In this document: positions 1-9,096 of the stretch, piece by piece
Position numbering within the stretch: the first letter of the stretch is position 1
Layout: each line of letters begins with the position of its first letter
Origin: Planktothrix sp. GU0601_MAG3
Lineage (GTDB): Bacteria > Cyanobacteriota > Cyanobacteriia > Cyanobacteriales > Microcoleaceae
NCBI GenBank assembly: GCA_035193785.1
Contig: CP136572.1
Span: 1 to 64,000 of the forward strand
Reading direction: 5' to 3'
Length of the DNA: 64,000 nt
Position numbers and translations under genes: made by a program
The notes under the pieces: generated by a model
Seen by the model: only the letters and a program-made list of their open reading frames with translations
The model's database searches: none
Told to the model about the DNA's origin: nothing

Positions 1-52
1 CTTTGGCTTGCAACTGTTCAGAGACGGCTTTTAATTCGTTGATTTGCATGAT

Positions 53-277
53 TTAGCTCCGGTAATATTTGCAGAAAGTATTGATTGAATGTCCTTTTTC
101 CCTCCATTGCCTGTATGAATTTACCAGTCGGGCTAGAGCATCTATATCCGATTGGGTTAAAGGTTGGCGGCTTTCTAATCCTAGGGTTTTAGATAGCTCC
201 GAACCCTCAAGACGTGTCAAGCCAAGGATGTTATAAACTTGTATCCGTTTTGTTGGAATGTTGTTCAGTTGTTGCAT
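53..277 (-). CDS. Hypothetical phage protein
   Basis: 74-aa ORF at the end of the leftward gene run. Confidence 0.55.
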   Translation of the reverse strand: MQQLNNIPTKRIQVYNILGLTRLEGSELSKTLGLESRQPLTQSDIDALARLVNSYRQWREKGHSINTFCKYYRS

Positions 278-315
278 TCATCTTGTTCAGGACTTGTAAT
301 GGGTTTGTTCTTACA

Positions 316-343
316 AAATAAAACCGCCCCATAGGAGCGGTCT
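316..343 (-). terminator. Possible intrinsic terminator
   Basis: Minus strand reads ACCGCTCC-TAT-GGGGCGGT followed by TTTATTTT. Confidence 0.45.
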
Positions 344-387
344 ATAAAATTGCTATTTTTCATCAATAAACTAATTATTAAAAATCA

Positions 388-409
388 AAATCCGCATTGT
401 GCGGAATTT
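388..409 (-). repeat. Element palindrome copy 1 (TCCGCA-CAA-TGCGGA core)
   Basis: aaatccgcattgtgcggaattt, just downstream of the 418..645 stop codon. Confidence 0.9.
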
Positions 410-417
410 GCTATCCA

Positions 418-645
418 TTAATCGCCATCTCCGTGGGGCGGGTACATTTCCAAAAAGAAATATTCATTATTAACCATTTCTTCCAAATCCTCATAAAATT
501 GAGCCATTTCCAAAGTTTCAAAGATATCGTGAGGGGTCAAGCCAAGATTTTTGGCTAAAGCATTAATCTGATTCCTGTCTAGCTTTTTCAATTCCTTTAT
601 ATCCATTGCCCAAAGTTTGGCGAGCTTTGCATCTTTATTTGGCAT
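418..645 (-). CDS. Hypothetical phage protein
   Basis: 75-aa ORF overlapping the end of the upstream ORF. Confidence 0.6.
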   Translation of the reverse strand: MPNKDAKLAKLWAMDIKELKKLDRNQINALAKNLGLTPHDIFETLEMAQFYEDLEEMVNNEYFFLEMYPPHGDGD

Positions 646-877
646 AGTTTTTCTGATTCAACACTGCCACTACCCAACTAGGAAAAGATTTATAAAACCA
701 ACTTCTTACCGTTTGAAACTCGACATCGGGAACACTCCCCCGTTCCTTTAGCCACTGATTTAATTCTTTCATAATCAATCGGGCGGCTAAAGTAACATAA
801 CCACGCTCCCCCGGATAAAGTACGGGAACATTGTGGCATCTCATCAACTTTTCAATCAAATCTTCGTTACATGGCAT
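635..877 (-). CDS. Hypothetical phage protein, possibly HTH-like DNA binder
   Basis: 80-aa ORF; FQTVRSWF segment resembles an HTH recognition helix. Confidence 0.55.
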   Translation of the reverse strand: MPCNEDLIEKLMRCHNVPVLYPGERGYVTLAARLIMKELNQWLKERGSVPDVEFQTVRSWFYKSFPSWVVAVLNQKNYAK

Positions 878-910
878 AATAATAAACAGACCCTACTAGC
901 GGTACGGTTT

Positions 911-953
911 AACAGCCAGTCATTCTTTTTGAGAGAGTGGGACTGGCTGTTTT
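911..953. terminator. Stem-loop / possible terminator downstream of the HNH gene
   Basis: AACAGCCAGTC ... GACTGGCTGTT 11-bp inverted repeat. Confidence 0.45.
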
Positions 954-958
954 GATTT

Positions 959-1360
959 TCAGAAAAATGTTAACTGCCCAACGGCTTCACGCTTTTTATA
1001 ACGGTTGGCTTTTGCGGATTGGGCGTGGTGATTAGCGTCATAGCTTAGGTGACAAACGCTGCACCAAGCCTTCAGATTTTCCGGTTGGCAGTCTTCGGGA
1101 ATATGGTTGAGATGTGCAACCGTTAAGGTGAACCGACTAATTTTTGAGAGAGATACCGTTCCCAGTTCCTCATCATAAAATTCTTCGTAAAGTTCATCCC
1201 TCCAAGGAGTTGCATCAATCCGATCCTCAAACTGAAATCTATCTTCCCCCGGTTGCCGACAAGGGCGATCGCATTTTTCACAGCGCCAGTTGGCTTTATC
1301 CTTGATTTTGGTTGCAATCTGATTCCAATTTTTTGGATATCGCTTTTTGTCCATTGGCAT
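959..1360 (-). CDS. Phage HNH endonuclease-like protein
   Basis: RYPxNW start, CxxC, LTVAHLNH, ENLxAWCxxCH motifs. Confidence 0.8.
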   Translation of the reverse strand: MPMDKKRYPKNWNQIATKIKDKANWRCEKCDRPCRQPGEDRFQFEDRIDATPWRDELYEEFYDEELGTVSLSKISRFTLTVAHLNHIPEDCQPENLKAWCSVCHLSYDANHHAQSAKANRYKKREAVGQLTFF

Positions 1361-1502
1361 GATTCATTCTTGGTGAACTTAACTCGCTCCAGGCTTCTTT
1401 TTCGATGAATTTATTAACGGGTTTCTTGTCAATATATTCGATTCGATTTTCTATTAATGCAGAAATTGTCCTGAAAATATTTGTTAGAAATTTCATTATC
1501 AA
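1296..1502 (-). CDS. Hypothetical phage protein (3' end uncertain)
   Basis: Fills the operon gap but overlaps the HNH gene by 65 nt. Confidence 0.35.
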   Translation of the reverse strand: MIMKFLTNIFRTISALIENRIEYIDKKPVNKFIEKEAWSELSSPRMNHANGQKAISKKLESDCNQNQG

Positions 1503-1732
1503 GAATCTCCATCAGAAGGCTTTGCATAAAAATTGAAAGGCTCTAAATCATTTTCCGCATTGTGCGGAATTTCGGCAGTAACTTCTAAGAAAATATCGGC
1601 TACAGTTCCCAGATTTTTGATTGACTCTTTGGTTAATTCAGGCATTTTAACCCCGAAGTAAGGATTAAAATGACCCGCACTAATCGAAGCGGTTAACAAA
1701 TTTAAAACAACTGTTTGGCGATCACTCAACAT
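1499..1732 (-). CDS. Hypothetical phage protein containing palindrome copy 2 in frame (IPHNAE)
   Basis: 77-aa ORF abutting its neighbours. Confidence 0.6.
   Translation of the reverse strand: MLSDRQTVVLNLLTASISAGHFNPYFGVKMPELTKESIKNLGTVADIFLEVTAEIPHNAENDLEPFNFYAKPSDGDS
1551..1572 (-). repeat. Element palindrome copy 2
   Basis: ttttccgcattgtgcggaattt. Confidence 0.9.
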
Positions 1733-1951
1733 TTAAAAATCCTCTTGTTCTACAAAATTAGTTTTGACTTGTGCCACAAATTCATCCCAATTATCCCAAT
1801 TATCTCGCTCTAAATTTACAGCGTAAGAAGGGGTATACAAAGTGATGCTTCCAAGAGTTCCATCTTCACAATACCCAACTAAAGAATGGGGCATAATTAC
1901 AAAATATTGATTGTGGCTAGTAGAGGTTAAGCGTAAATGCAAATAAGCCAT
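1733..1951 (-). CDS. Hypothetical phage protein
   Basis: 72-aa ORF with AGGAG RBS upstream. Confidence 0.6.
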   Translation of the reverse strand: MAYLHLRLTSTSHNQYFVIMPHSLVGYCEDGTLGSITLYTPSYAVNLERDNWDNWDEFVAQVKTNFVEQEDF

Positions 1952-1962
1952 TTTTTTGTCTC

Positions 1963-2286
1963 CTATGGGCTTTCATGTTCCGAATCTTTAGGCTCTGAAT
2001 CTTCAGACTCTGGAGTTAAATTCGCTATTCCCAGTTTCTGTAATTGGCAATAAATTTCAGAGAGGGCTCCTTCCGCTAAAGAAACTTGAATTAAGTCAAA
2101 GCCTTGGGAATAACTTCTCTGTTCTCTTCCGTCATCGAAAAGGACACTTATTTTCCCTTCTAATTGCCCTATTTTTCGGTGCAAAGCAGATAAGAGAGTG
2201 ATAATTTGCTTAAAATCCTTTCTGCAATCTAATGCTGATGTTACAAGGCGGTCTAATGCTTCTTCTTTTTTCATTTTTAACCTCAA
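1963..2286 (-). CDS. Hypothetical phage protein (ATG start probably 2274)
   Basis: Helical ~105-aa ORF; GAGG upstream of the ATG. Confidence 0.55.
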   Translation of the reverse strand: MRLKMKKEEALDRLVTSALDCRKDFKQIITLLSALHRKIGQLEGKISVLFDDGREQRSYSQGFDLIQVSLAEGALSEIYCQLQKLGIANLTPESEDSEPKDSEHESP

Positions 2287-2310
2287 TTTTTCCTTTTTGA
2301 CAGCGTAAAT

Positions 2311-2493
2311 TTACAAATACTCAACGATCGCATCCAACATCTCCCAAATATCCTCTACCTGGGTTTTAATCGCTGGATTGATATTTTCCTCCTCTAATTG
2401 ATGGTTAATTTCATCCAGGAAGTTTTGAGCGATTTCTTTAAACGTTTCGGGTGATTCACTTGGTAGTTCTGTGAGTGATTCAGTTTGTAACAT
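2311..2493 (-). CDS. Hypothetical acidic phage protein
   Basis: 60-aa ORF with GAGG RBS. Confidence 0.55.
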   Translation of the reverse strand: MLQTESLTELPSESPETFKEIAQNFLDEINHQLEEENINPAIKTQVEDIWEMLDAIVEYL

Positions 2494-2500
2494 TTTGACC

Positions 2501-3557
2501 TCAGTTAATTTTTAGTAGCATCCACTCGTACCTAACCTCTGCTTCAGACCAGTTAAACTTTGCATCTTTGGGTGTTTGTTTATCCCAACCGTCGGGGGGT
2601 GGAATTTTACGCTGTTTAACTAACGCGATAAATCCCTTGTAAAGATTGGACTGAAACGATACTGGCTGGATACTGTGGATACTGTTTTTGGACTTGATTG
2701 GTGGCTTTTTTAAGGGGAGAATCTTCACCCCAACAGTGGTTAAACCAAACCACATCGGCTAACTCTCTTAATCCTTGCCATTCGGGGGGTATTTTAACTT
2801 CTGGTGGGATTTCTTGTTGATGGTGTTTCCATTGGAATACAGCAAAATCATAGAAGTCTTCAGTCGTAAAATACGGTTCACAAGCTTTAGCCGTTGCCTT
2901 GAGTGAATTGTGCTTTTCCCCGATGGAAAATTCCGGTTTGGTTAAATACCCTTTTTCGGTAAATACTTGCTGTTTTAAGTTTCTAATTTCCTTGTTTAAT
3001 GCCTCCTTTTTTGCTTGCCGAATTTTGCCGGATAACTTTTTCCATTTACCTTGATTTAATTTCCAGCGATTAACGGTATCTAGGGCATAAAAGATGTAAG
3101 TCCAGCCAACAAAGTTAGTAACAATCATTTCAACCGGATTATCAAAAACTCTCTGACCATCAGTTTCTAACCCATACGCTAATAACGCTGCCATTAAGGC
3201 AAAAAATCCAGCAATAAGTAAAGCCGAAAAAGCGTCAAAACCTTCTTGAAAACTAGCGGGATGTTTAACCCATGTGAGCCAGTATTTCTTAGCTTGAACC
3301 TTCCTAACCGCCCGTCGCCAGTCGAGGTATTTTTTACCAGGAAACCAGTGAGGGAGTTTCAAGGAATCCAACCAATTGAGAAAGTTTTTGTGCAACTGTG
3401 CTGTAACAACCGGGGGAATAACTACAACTATTAATGGAATCCAAATATATTTAATGATTGGAAAAAAAATAGCTACAGACCCCAATATTGCAGCAGCGCC
3501 CAAGGATAGGGTAAAAAACAGCAGTCGAACTGCTAAAATCAAAAACGGTAGCAACAT
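2501..3557 (-). CDS. Multi-pass membrane protein of the element (351 aa after removing one base at GAAAC 2653)
   Basis: Several hydrophobic segments; ORFs 2616..3557 and 2501..2755 join in frame (IVQSNLYKG) after the correction. Confidence 0.7.
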
Positions 3558-3603
3558 AGTGAGAGAAATAGAAAAACGCTAAATCTATTCTCTCACGCTA
3601 CTT

Positions 3604-3838
3604 TTAATTAAACACTTCACCTCCTTTACAAGATTCTTCGTAATACAAAAAATCACCGGGTTGCAGTCCCAAAGTTTTACAAATAATTTCCATTACTTGG
3701 GGGTTAGGAAACCCAAAGCGGATCTATAAAAGCGCGCCTGCACGTCCCTCTCCCCAACCCCGTCAATTTTTCTAATTGATAGGGGTTTTGGATTTTGCGC
3801 TCTTTTAAAAGCTCAGGTAATCGGCTTTTCACTGGCAT
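3604..3838 (-). CDS. Cro/C1 (XRE, HTH_26-like) transcriptional regulator, absent from the ORF track
   Basis: Removing one base at GAAAC 3708 gives MPVKSRLPELLKERKIQNPYQLEKLTGLGRGTCRRAFIDPLWVPNPQVMEIICKTLGLQPGDFLYYEE... Confidence 0.8.
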
Positions 3839-3857
3839 AGGGATAGGAGACTCTTTT

Positions 3858-3921
3858 AGTATACTGTCAAAACTCTGTCACTGTCAACTGGTTGACAGTG
3901 ACAAAAGTTTGACAGTATGAT
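3858..3921. promoter_or_regulatory. Back-to-back divergent sigma70 promoters within a 28-bp-arm inverted repeat (putative operator)
   Basis: Rightward TTGACA(3892)-N18-TATGAT(3916); leftward TTGACA(3887)-N18-TATACT(3863); repeated TGTCA/TGACA units. Confidence 0.8.
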
Positions 3922-4267
3922 GAGCCTAGATAAACGACGTAGCTCCCCCAGGCCAACTAAGTATGGGGGTTCCTGGTACGGATTAGCTATGTTGATTTTA
4001 CGCCCAACGTCAACACTGTCCAGAACCCTTTATATAGGTAGTTTTGCGATTGTTACGACAATGCTGTGTTGGTTTTTTGAAGATTTCTTGAGGAGGAAGT
4101 TATGTAAAAAAATTCGGTCTTTTTTCTCTCTAATGAATAACAGATGGACAAAAACCAGGGGTGAAAATCCCCTGGCTTCCTTAAAAAACTTACCGCCAAG
4201 CTAACAGTCCGAGTTCGTTTACAACAGACTACCCTCACCCCGCAAGAATTTAACCCTCGTTATTGCC

Positions 4268-4471
4268 ATGAATCAATACTTTATTCCCATCGCCGTTGGA
4301 GCCTGCGGCTTGACCCTGTTCCTGTCCCTGAGCCTTTACACATTTATTCACCGGGGGAGTGGCCGAATCGCCACCGCCCAACCAACAACCGAAACCCAAG
4401 ACGAATCCCCAAAGCGGGGCGACGGTCGCCGGGAATTAGTCAACTGGGATAAAGAGCGCAACCGTTACTAG
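4268..4471 (+). CDS. PatX/PatS-like RGSGR-containing small membrane/secreted peptide
   Basis: Hydrophobic N-terminus, HRGSGR at 4349-4366, second PKRGDGRRE at 4409-4435. Confidence 0.7.
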   Translation: MNQYFIPIAVGACGLTLFLSLSLYTFIHRGSGRIATAQPTTETQDESPKRGDGRRELVNWDKERNRY

Positions 4472-4482
4472 GACTAACAGAT

Positions 4483-4659
4483 ATGGAAGAAATTGAACGG
4501 CTATTCCCCCAACTCCTGCCCACCCAGAAATTAGAGGCCGTACACATCCTAGAAGTTTATGGAGAAGCGATCGCCCTCAATTATATTCGGGCAGTTCTCA
4601 AGCCAACGGGTGAACGAGTGCCACAGACCAAAACCACGATTATCACAAGGAAAAAATGA
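4483..4659 (+). CDS. Hypothetical 58-aa phage protein (not in the ORF track)
   Basis: MEEIERLFPQLLPTQKLEAVHILEVYGE...; ATGA overlap with the ASCH gene. Confidence 0.55.
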   Translation: MEEIERLFPQLLPTQKLEAVHILEVYGEAIALNYIRAVLKPTGERVPQTKTTIITRKK

Positions 4660-5141
4660 CAGCATCGATGCTTGCAGAAACCCAACTATTAGCCCCAGGG
4701 GAATATAAGACAATTACCCTCTGGCAACCCTACGCCACCCTGGTCGCCACCGGAATCAAGCAATATGAAACCCGTTCTTGGCCGACCAACTACCGGGGGC
4801 CGTTACTCATCCATGCGGCTAAACGACCAATGGGTGCTGATGAAATCGAGTTACTTGAACGCCTAAAAAATAACCGTCTGATCACCCGCGCAAAAATTAG
4901 TCGGAATCCTGACGATTACCCCCTGGGAGCAATCCTTTGTCAAACACAGTTAACCGACTGCATCCCCGCCGAATACCCGCCCAACATTATCGAAAAAGCC
5001 GTGGGTAACTGGCATCCGATCCGTTGGGCATGGCTCCTAACAGAAGTCGTTCCTTTAGAGCCAATTCCGACCCGAGGTTATCAAGGATTCTGGAATTATC
5101 TCCATCCTGAAAATCCGCACAATGCGGAATTTGGATCATGA
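4656..5141 (+). CDS. ASCH domain protein
   Basis: TITLWQPYATLV..GIKQYETRSW..YRGPLLIHAAK and RGYQGFW motifs. Confidence 0.9.
   Translation: MTASMLAETQLLAPGEYKTITLWQPYATLVATGIKQYETRSWPTNYRGPLLIHAAKRPMGADEIELLERLKNNRLITRAKISRNPDDYPLGAILCQTQLTDCIPAEYPPNIIEKAVGNWHPIRWAWLLTEVVPLEPIPTRGYQGFWNYLHPENPHNAEFGS
5111..5132 (+). repeat. Element palindrome copy 3
   Basis: aaatccgcacaatgcggaattt encodes NPHNAEF at the ASCH C-terminus. Confidence 0.9.
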
Positions 5142-5449
5142 AACTAACAACTCAACCCGATGATATTGCCTATTTGGCCGCCTTAATTCTCCGGCTAAAT
5201 AGCAGAATCCCTAAGCGCATCTCCAAAGAAAGTCGCCAGTTCACAAAAGCATTAATTCTCGTCGCTTCTGGCATTCTTCCAGACGATTTAAAAGGGGAGT
5301 TTACAGCATCCCACCTCCCACAATTTGACGAGGTTTTGAAGGACTACACCGAGAATTTCCGAGAACTTTACCCCCAATATTTCCACGCCGTTCACCCCGT
5401 ATTTCAGCAAATGGTATTAACTATTTCAAAGGAGGAGAATCATGCTTAA
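5138..5449 (+). CDS. Hypothetical phage protein
   Basis: 103-aa ORF overlapping both neighbouring genes. Confidence 0.65.
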   Translation: MKLTTQPDDIAYLAALILRLNSRIPKRISKESRQFTKALILVASGILPDDLKGEFTASHLPQFDEVLKDYTENFRELYPQYFHAVHPVFQQMVLTISKEENHA

Positions 5450-6653
5450 TAACGTAGCCTTTGCAGAACTGTCTAAGGGTTCAATGAAAGCCACATCATT
5501 AACCAGCCCCTTTGCAGTCGAGGGTTTTGAAGACAAAGAGGATTTCTATAAATCCCTTGCCCCCAAAAAATCGCAGGAGTTGAAAGAACTAGAGCTAAAT
5601 ACAGTGCAATGTGTCTCTAACGATATTCAATTAAAAATCAAGATCGGGCAAAACCTTTTAAGAGCTAAGAAGATTTGCAAACATGGGGAGTTTTTAGACT
5701 GGTTAAAAGCCTGCTTTGCTTGGTCTGAAGATACAGCAACTCGACAAATGCGGTTAGCAGAAAAGTTTCAGGATACCCCAGGGATTACCCGTTTTACCCC
5801 TACAGTTGCCTATCAGTTAAGTCAAAAATCATGCCCTGATGTGATTTTAGAACAAGCGATCGCCCTGTTAGATGCAGGGGAGAAGGTAACAAACGAAACC
5901 GTTAAGGAATTAAAACAATCCGTAGTTGAGGAGCCTACTAATCTTAATGCTGCTAACCCTAAATTATCCAAAGCTACCAGGCCAGAGGGATACATTAAGA
6001 AGGGTGATTTAGTTGAAATGCAATATCCCGTCAAGGGATGGAGTTATGGCCGAGTTGTGTCCAAGTCTAGCGATGGAATTGTTTGTAAAGTTCAATCCCT
6101 TGACGGGCAATCATTAGGAGAGAAGCCTACTAAATCTTTAAGCCTTTGCCCCGTACAAAAAATCAATCCTAACTGCATCAGTGGAAATATAGAATTAAAC
6201 CAGCGAGTGGCTGCAAGACCCTATACAACAGAACTACAGCCTTTCAATGGTAGCGAAGGTAAGGTTGTTTTTCGAGATGAGAAACGCCGCCAGTTTTCTG
6301 TTCAGTTTGGGGATATGGTTAAGGATTTCCACTGGGAAGAAGTCGAATTAATTCCCAACGAACCCACCACAGAAACAACCATAGATATTGAGACGGTTGA
6401 CGTTACGGAGACTGAACAAAATGAAACCCCATCTAATATTGATCTAAAAATAATGAGCATGAAACAGAAGGGACAGCTATTAAAAGAATTGGTGAAGGAG
6501 ATGCAATCATTCAACCAAGGCTTGACACCCCAAATGGTATCAAAAGAAATAGAGGATTTAGTCGAGAAAACCTTAGTACAGATGGACAACTTAGAATTTT
6601 CTCAACGTTCGCGTGAGCAATTCGTGATTGTTTTTCTTGATAAGTGTCTATAA
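5442..6653 (+). CDS. DUF3102-domain protein with C-terminal SH3/KOW-like segments
   Basis: IGQNLLRAK..HGEFLDWL..WSEDTATRQM signature; two beta-rich segments (GDLVEM..GRVV; QRVAA..GKVV). Confidence 0.75.
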   Translation: MLNNVAFAELSKGSMKATSLTSPFAVEGFEDKEDFYKSLAPKKSQELKELELNTVQCVSNDIQLKIKIGQNLLRAKKICKHGEFLDWLKACFAWSEDTATRQMRLAEKFQDTPGITRFTPTVAYQLSQKSCPDVILEQAIALLDAGEKVTNETVKELKQSVVEEPTNLNAANPKLSKATRPEGYIKKGDLVEMQYPVKGWSYGRVVSKSSDGIVCKVQSLDGQSLGEKPTKSLSLCPVQKINPNCISGNIELNQRVAARPYTTELQPFNGSEGKVVFRDEKRRQFSVQFGDMVKDFHWEEVELIPNEPTTETTIDIETVDVTETEQNETPSNIDLKIMSMKQKGQLLKELVKEMQSFNQGLTPQMVSKEIEDLVEKTLVQMDNLEFSQRSREQFVIVFLDKCL

Positions 6654-6728
6654 AAATTCCCCCTTTTCGGAAAGGGGGAACCTACTAGCAGTAATTTTCT
6701 TTCAGCAAACATACTAGGATTGTAACAA

Positions 6729-9096
6729 ATGGTTGCCCAAATCGTCAACAAAAACCAGTCTAACTTTGCCTCAATTTCCGACAAACTACCCCCTCAAAAT
6801 ATTGAGGCAGAAGAAGCAATATTAGGGGGGATTCTACTTGATTCAGAAGCCATGGGGCGAGTTACCTTTTTGTCTCCAGAACATTTCAGTTTAAAATCTC
6901 ACCAAATTATTTTTGATGCGTGCAAACAACTGCATGAGAAAAACTCGCCCACTGATTTGATGCACGTTACCGAGTGGCTAAATGATAGGGTTGATTACAC
7001 CCAAAACAATGCCACCCTACTCGAGTCTATTGGCGGACAATTGAAATTAGTTCAATTGGTGGCGCAAACTGTTGATGCCGTTAATATCGATCAGTATGCC
7101 TATCTGATCTTAAAGAAATACGCTCTCAGGTGTGGGATTTCCGCCGGGCATGAAATCATTCATTTAGCTTATGATTTCAACCCCAATGAAGAAATAGGAG
7201 ATTTTTTAGAGGCGATAGAAGAAAAGATTCAAGGAGTTGTTAAGCAGTTCCAGGAAGGGAAGTTTATACAAGAATCGGTTATCAAATTTCAACAAATCTC
7301 AAAGGAATTAGAGGGGATTGAGGATGCTTACGACAATAACGAAGCTATGAAATTATGGCAGTTAAAAACCCTTGCGAAAAAATATAGCTTCACTTCGGTT
7401 TCTGAATTATTAAGATTTCATGCTCTATGGCTTAATTCTCGGCAGAAACAAGAATCTGTAAGCCTAGACGAATTACTGAGCGAAGATAGCAATAATGACG
7501 AGAAGTGGACATTGCGTGGCTGGATACCAAGAAAAACAATTACCATTGAACACGCACCCGGTGGCAGTGGTAAAACACGGAAAGCCGGAGACTTGGCACG
7601 AACTTTGATAACTGGGGGAAAATGGGGAGATTATTTTTGCGATTCCCCATCCAAAGTTCTGTTTGTAGAAACAGACCAGCCAAGACCGACAACCCGCGAG
7701 CAATTGATTGAGCAAAAATTTGAGGACTTACCGCCAGAAACCCGTCAACGGTTCCGATTTTTGGGACAATGGAATATCGAACAACATGGGGTTTTAAGGA
7801 AGGAGATTGAAAAGCTACAGGCGATTGGTGATCCAAAATTACCTATCCTAATTATTATTGACTCTTTATCTTCGGTTTCTGTTAACTCAATCTCCGGGGA
7901 AAACGATCAAGCCTATGCACGGCCATTGATTCGGTTAAGAGAAATTTCTGAACGCTACGACGTGGCATTTTTAATCCTTCACCACAGCAACCGGAACGGA
8001 GAATTACGCGGAGCCAGTGCGCTCCGAGATGTTGTCGATCAAGTGTGGCGGCTTGAGAATCCCAGTAAAGATCCACGTTCACCAGAACGCCATTTGGTAA
8101 TCGAAAAAACCCGGTGTCGGGAACCGGGGCGTTATGTCCTCCATTACAAACCCGAAGATTGGAACTGGGAGGTTAAAGGCTTTTTGTGCCAGGACAGCGA
8201 GGGACAAGAGGAGTTAGAAAACTATAGCCCATCAGAACTGAAATTGATTCAATTTTTACAAGACAATACGGGCATTCCATTTGAAATTCAAGATTTGGCT
8301 GAAATGCTCGGTCGTTCCCCCGACCCCCTACGCCGCGACCTCAACTTTTTGTCAGGGCGCGGACTAATTAGCAAACGTCGCAAGCCAAACAGTCGAGCTA
8401 ATCAATATTTTGTTGGAAAAATAGCAAGCGATCGAAGCGATCGATCCGATCGGCCGATCGGTTTCCGAAAATTTGAAGTCGCAAAATTTGGAAAATGGAT
8501 CGATCGCTTTGATCGGTAGCCTGAAACTCTTACCAGAAGCCAGTAAAGAAGCGATCGGTCACGGCCGATCGTATCGATCGCTTCGATCGGTTGACGATTT
8601 TTCTGAAACCCCTACAGAGCAAGAGTTACAGCCGAAAAACGACAAAAAACAGATGTTACAAATATTACCTACTGATTTAAGTGTTTGCAATCAATCGTTA
8701 CAAAAAACCCCTCAACCGATCGTAAAACCCGACGAAAAACAGGAAGCGATCGAGGATGTGCGATCGGTTGATTTCGACAAATTGAAGGAGGGTGACATTC
8801 TTTTTGATAAGAAAGGAATGCCTCACCAGCTAACGGAGCGATCACGCCAACTCTGGCGAACTCACCGAGATGAGTGGGTGAGTCGTAATGATTTACAAAC
8901 TGGGATATTCCACATCGCCACAGTTGAAGATATTGCAGGCCTGATGCAAAAAATCATTAAATCCAAGGATTTAAAACAGTTTCAATGGTTATCAAAAATC
9001 TATGGCGATTCTGACGATTCATTAATGGCCCATGCGGTTGTTAAATTTCCAGAGTTGGCGGAAATTTATTCCGTCATAGATGAGGAGTATAGCTAA
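6729..9096 (+). CDS. Replication protein: DnaB N-terminal domain + AAA_25/RepA-like helicase + winged HTH (one extra base at GTTTC 8461)
   Basis: LPPQNIEAEEAILGGILLD (DnaB_N); Walker A APGGSGKT; IIIDSL; ILHHSN..RGASAL; the two ORFs join after a 1-base correction. Confidence 0.85.
8429..8770. repeat. CGATCG-rich inverted-repeat cluster, putative replication origin
   Basis: 28-bp inverted repeat 8429-8456 / 8562-8589 (1 mismatch); nine CGATCG in about 160 bp and three more near 8717-8766. Confidence 0.65.

Noticed and set aside
4155..4175. CCAGGGG-TGAAAAT-CCCCTGG upstream of the RGSGR gene as a HetR-binding site
   Set aside because: The spacer is 7 nt rather than the 5 nt of the GGG-N5-CCC HetR site; kept only as a generic hairpin
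3917..4204. 95-aa ORF after the divergent promoters
   Set aside because: Its start overlaps the predicted -10 box and it has no recognisable motif; more likely a leader or a shorter unverified ORF
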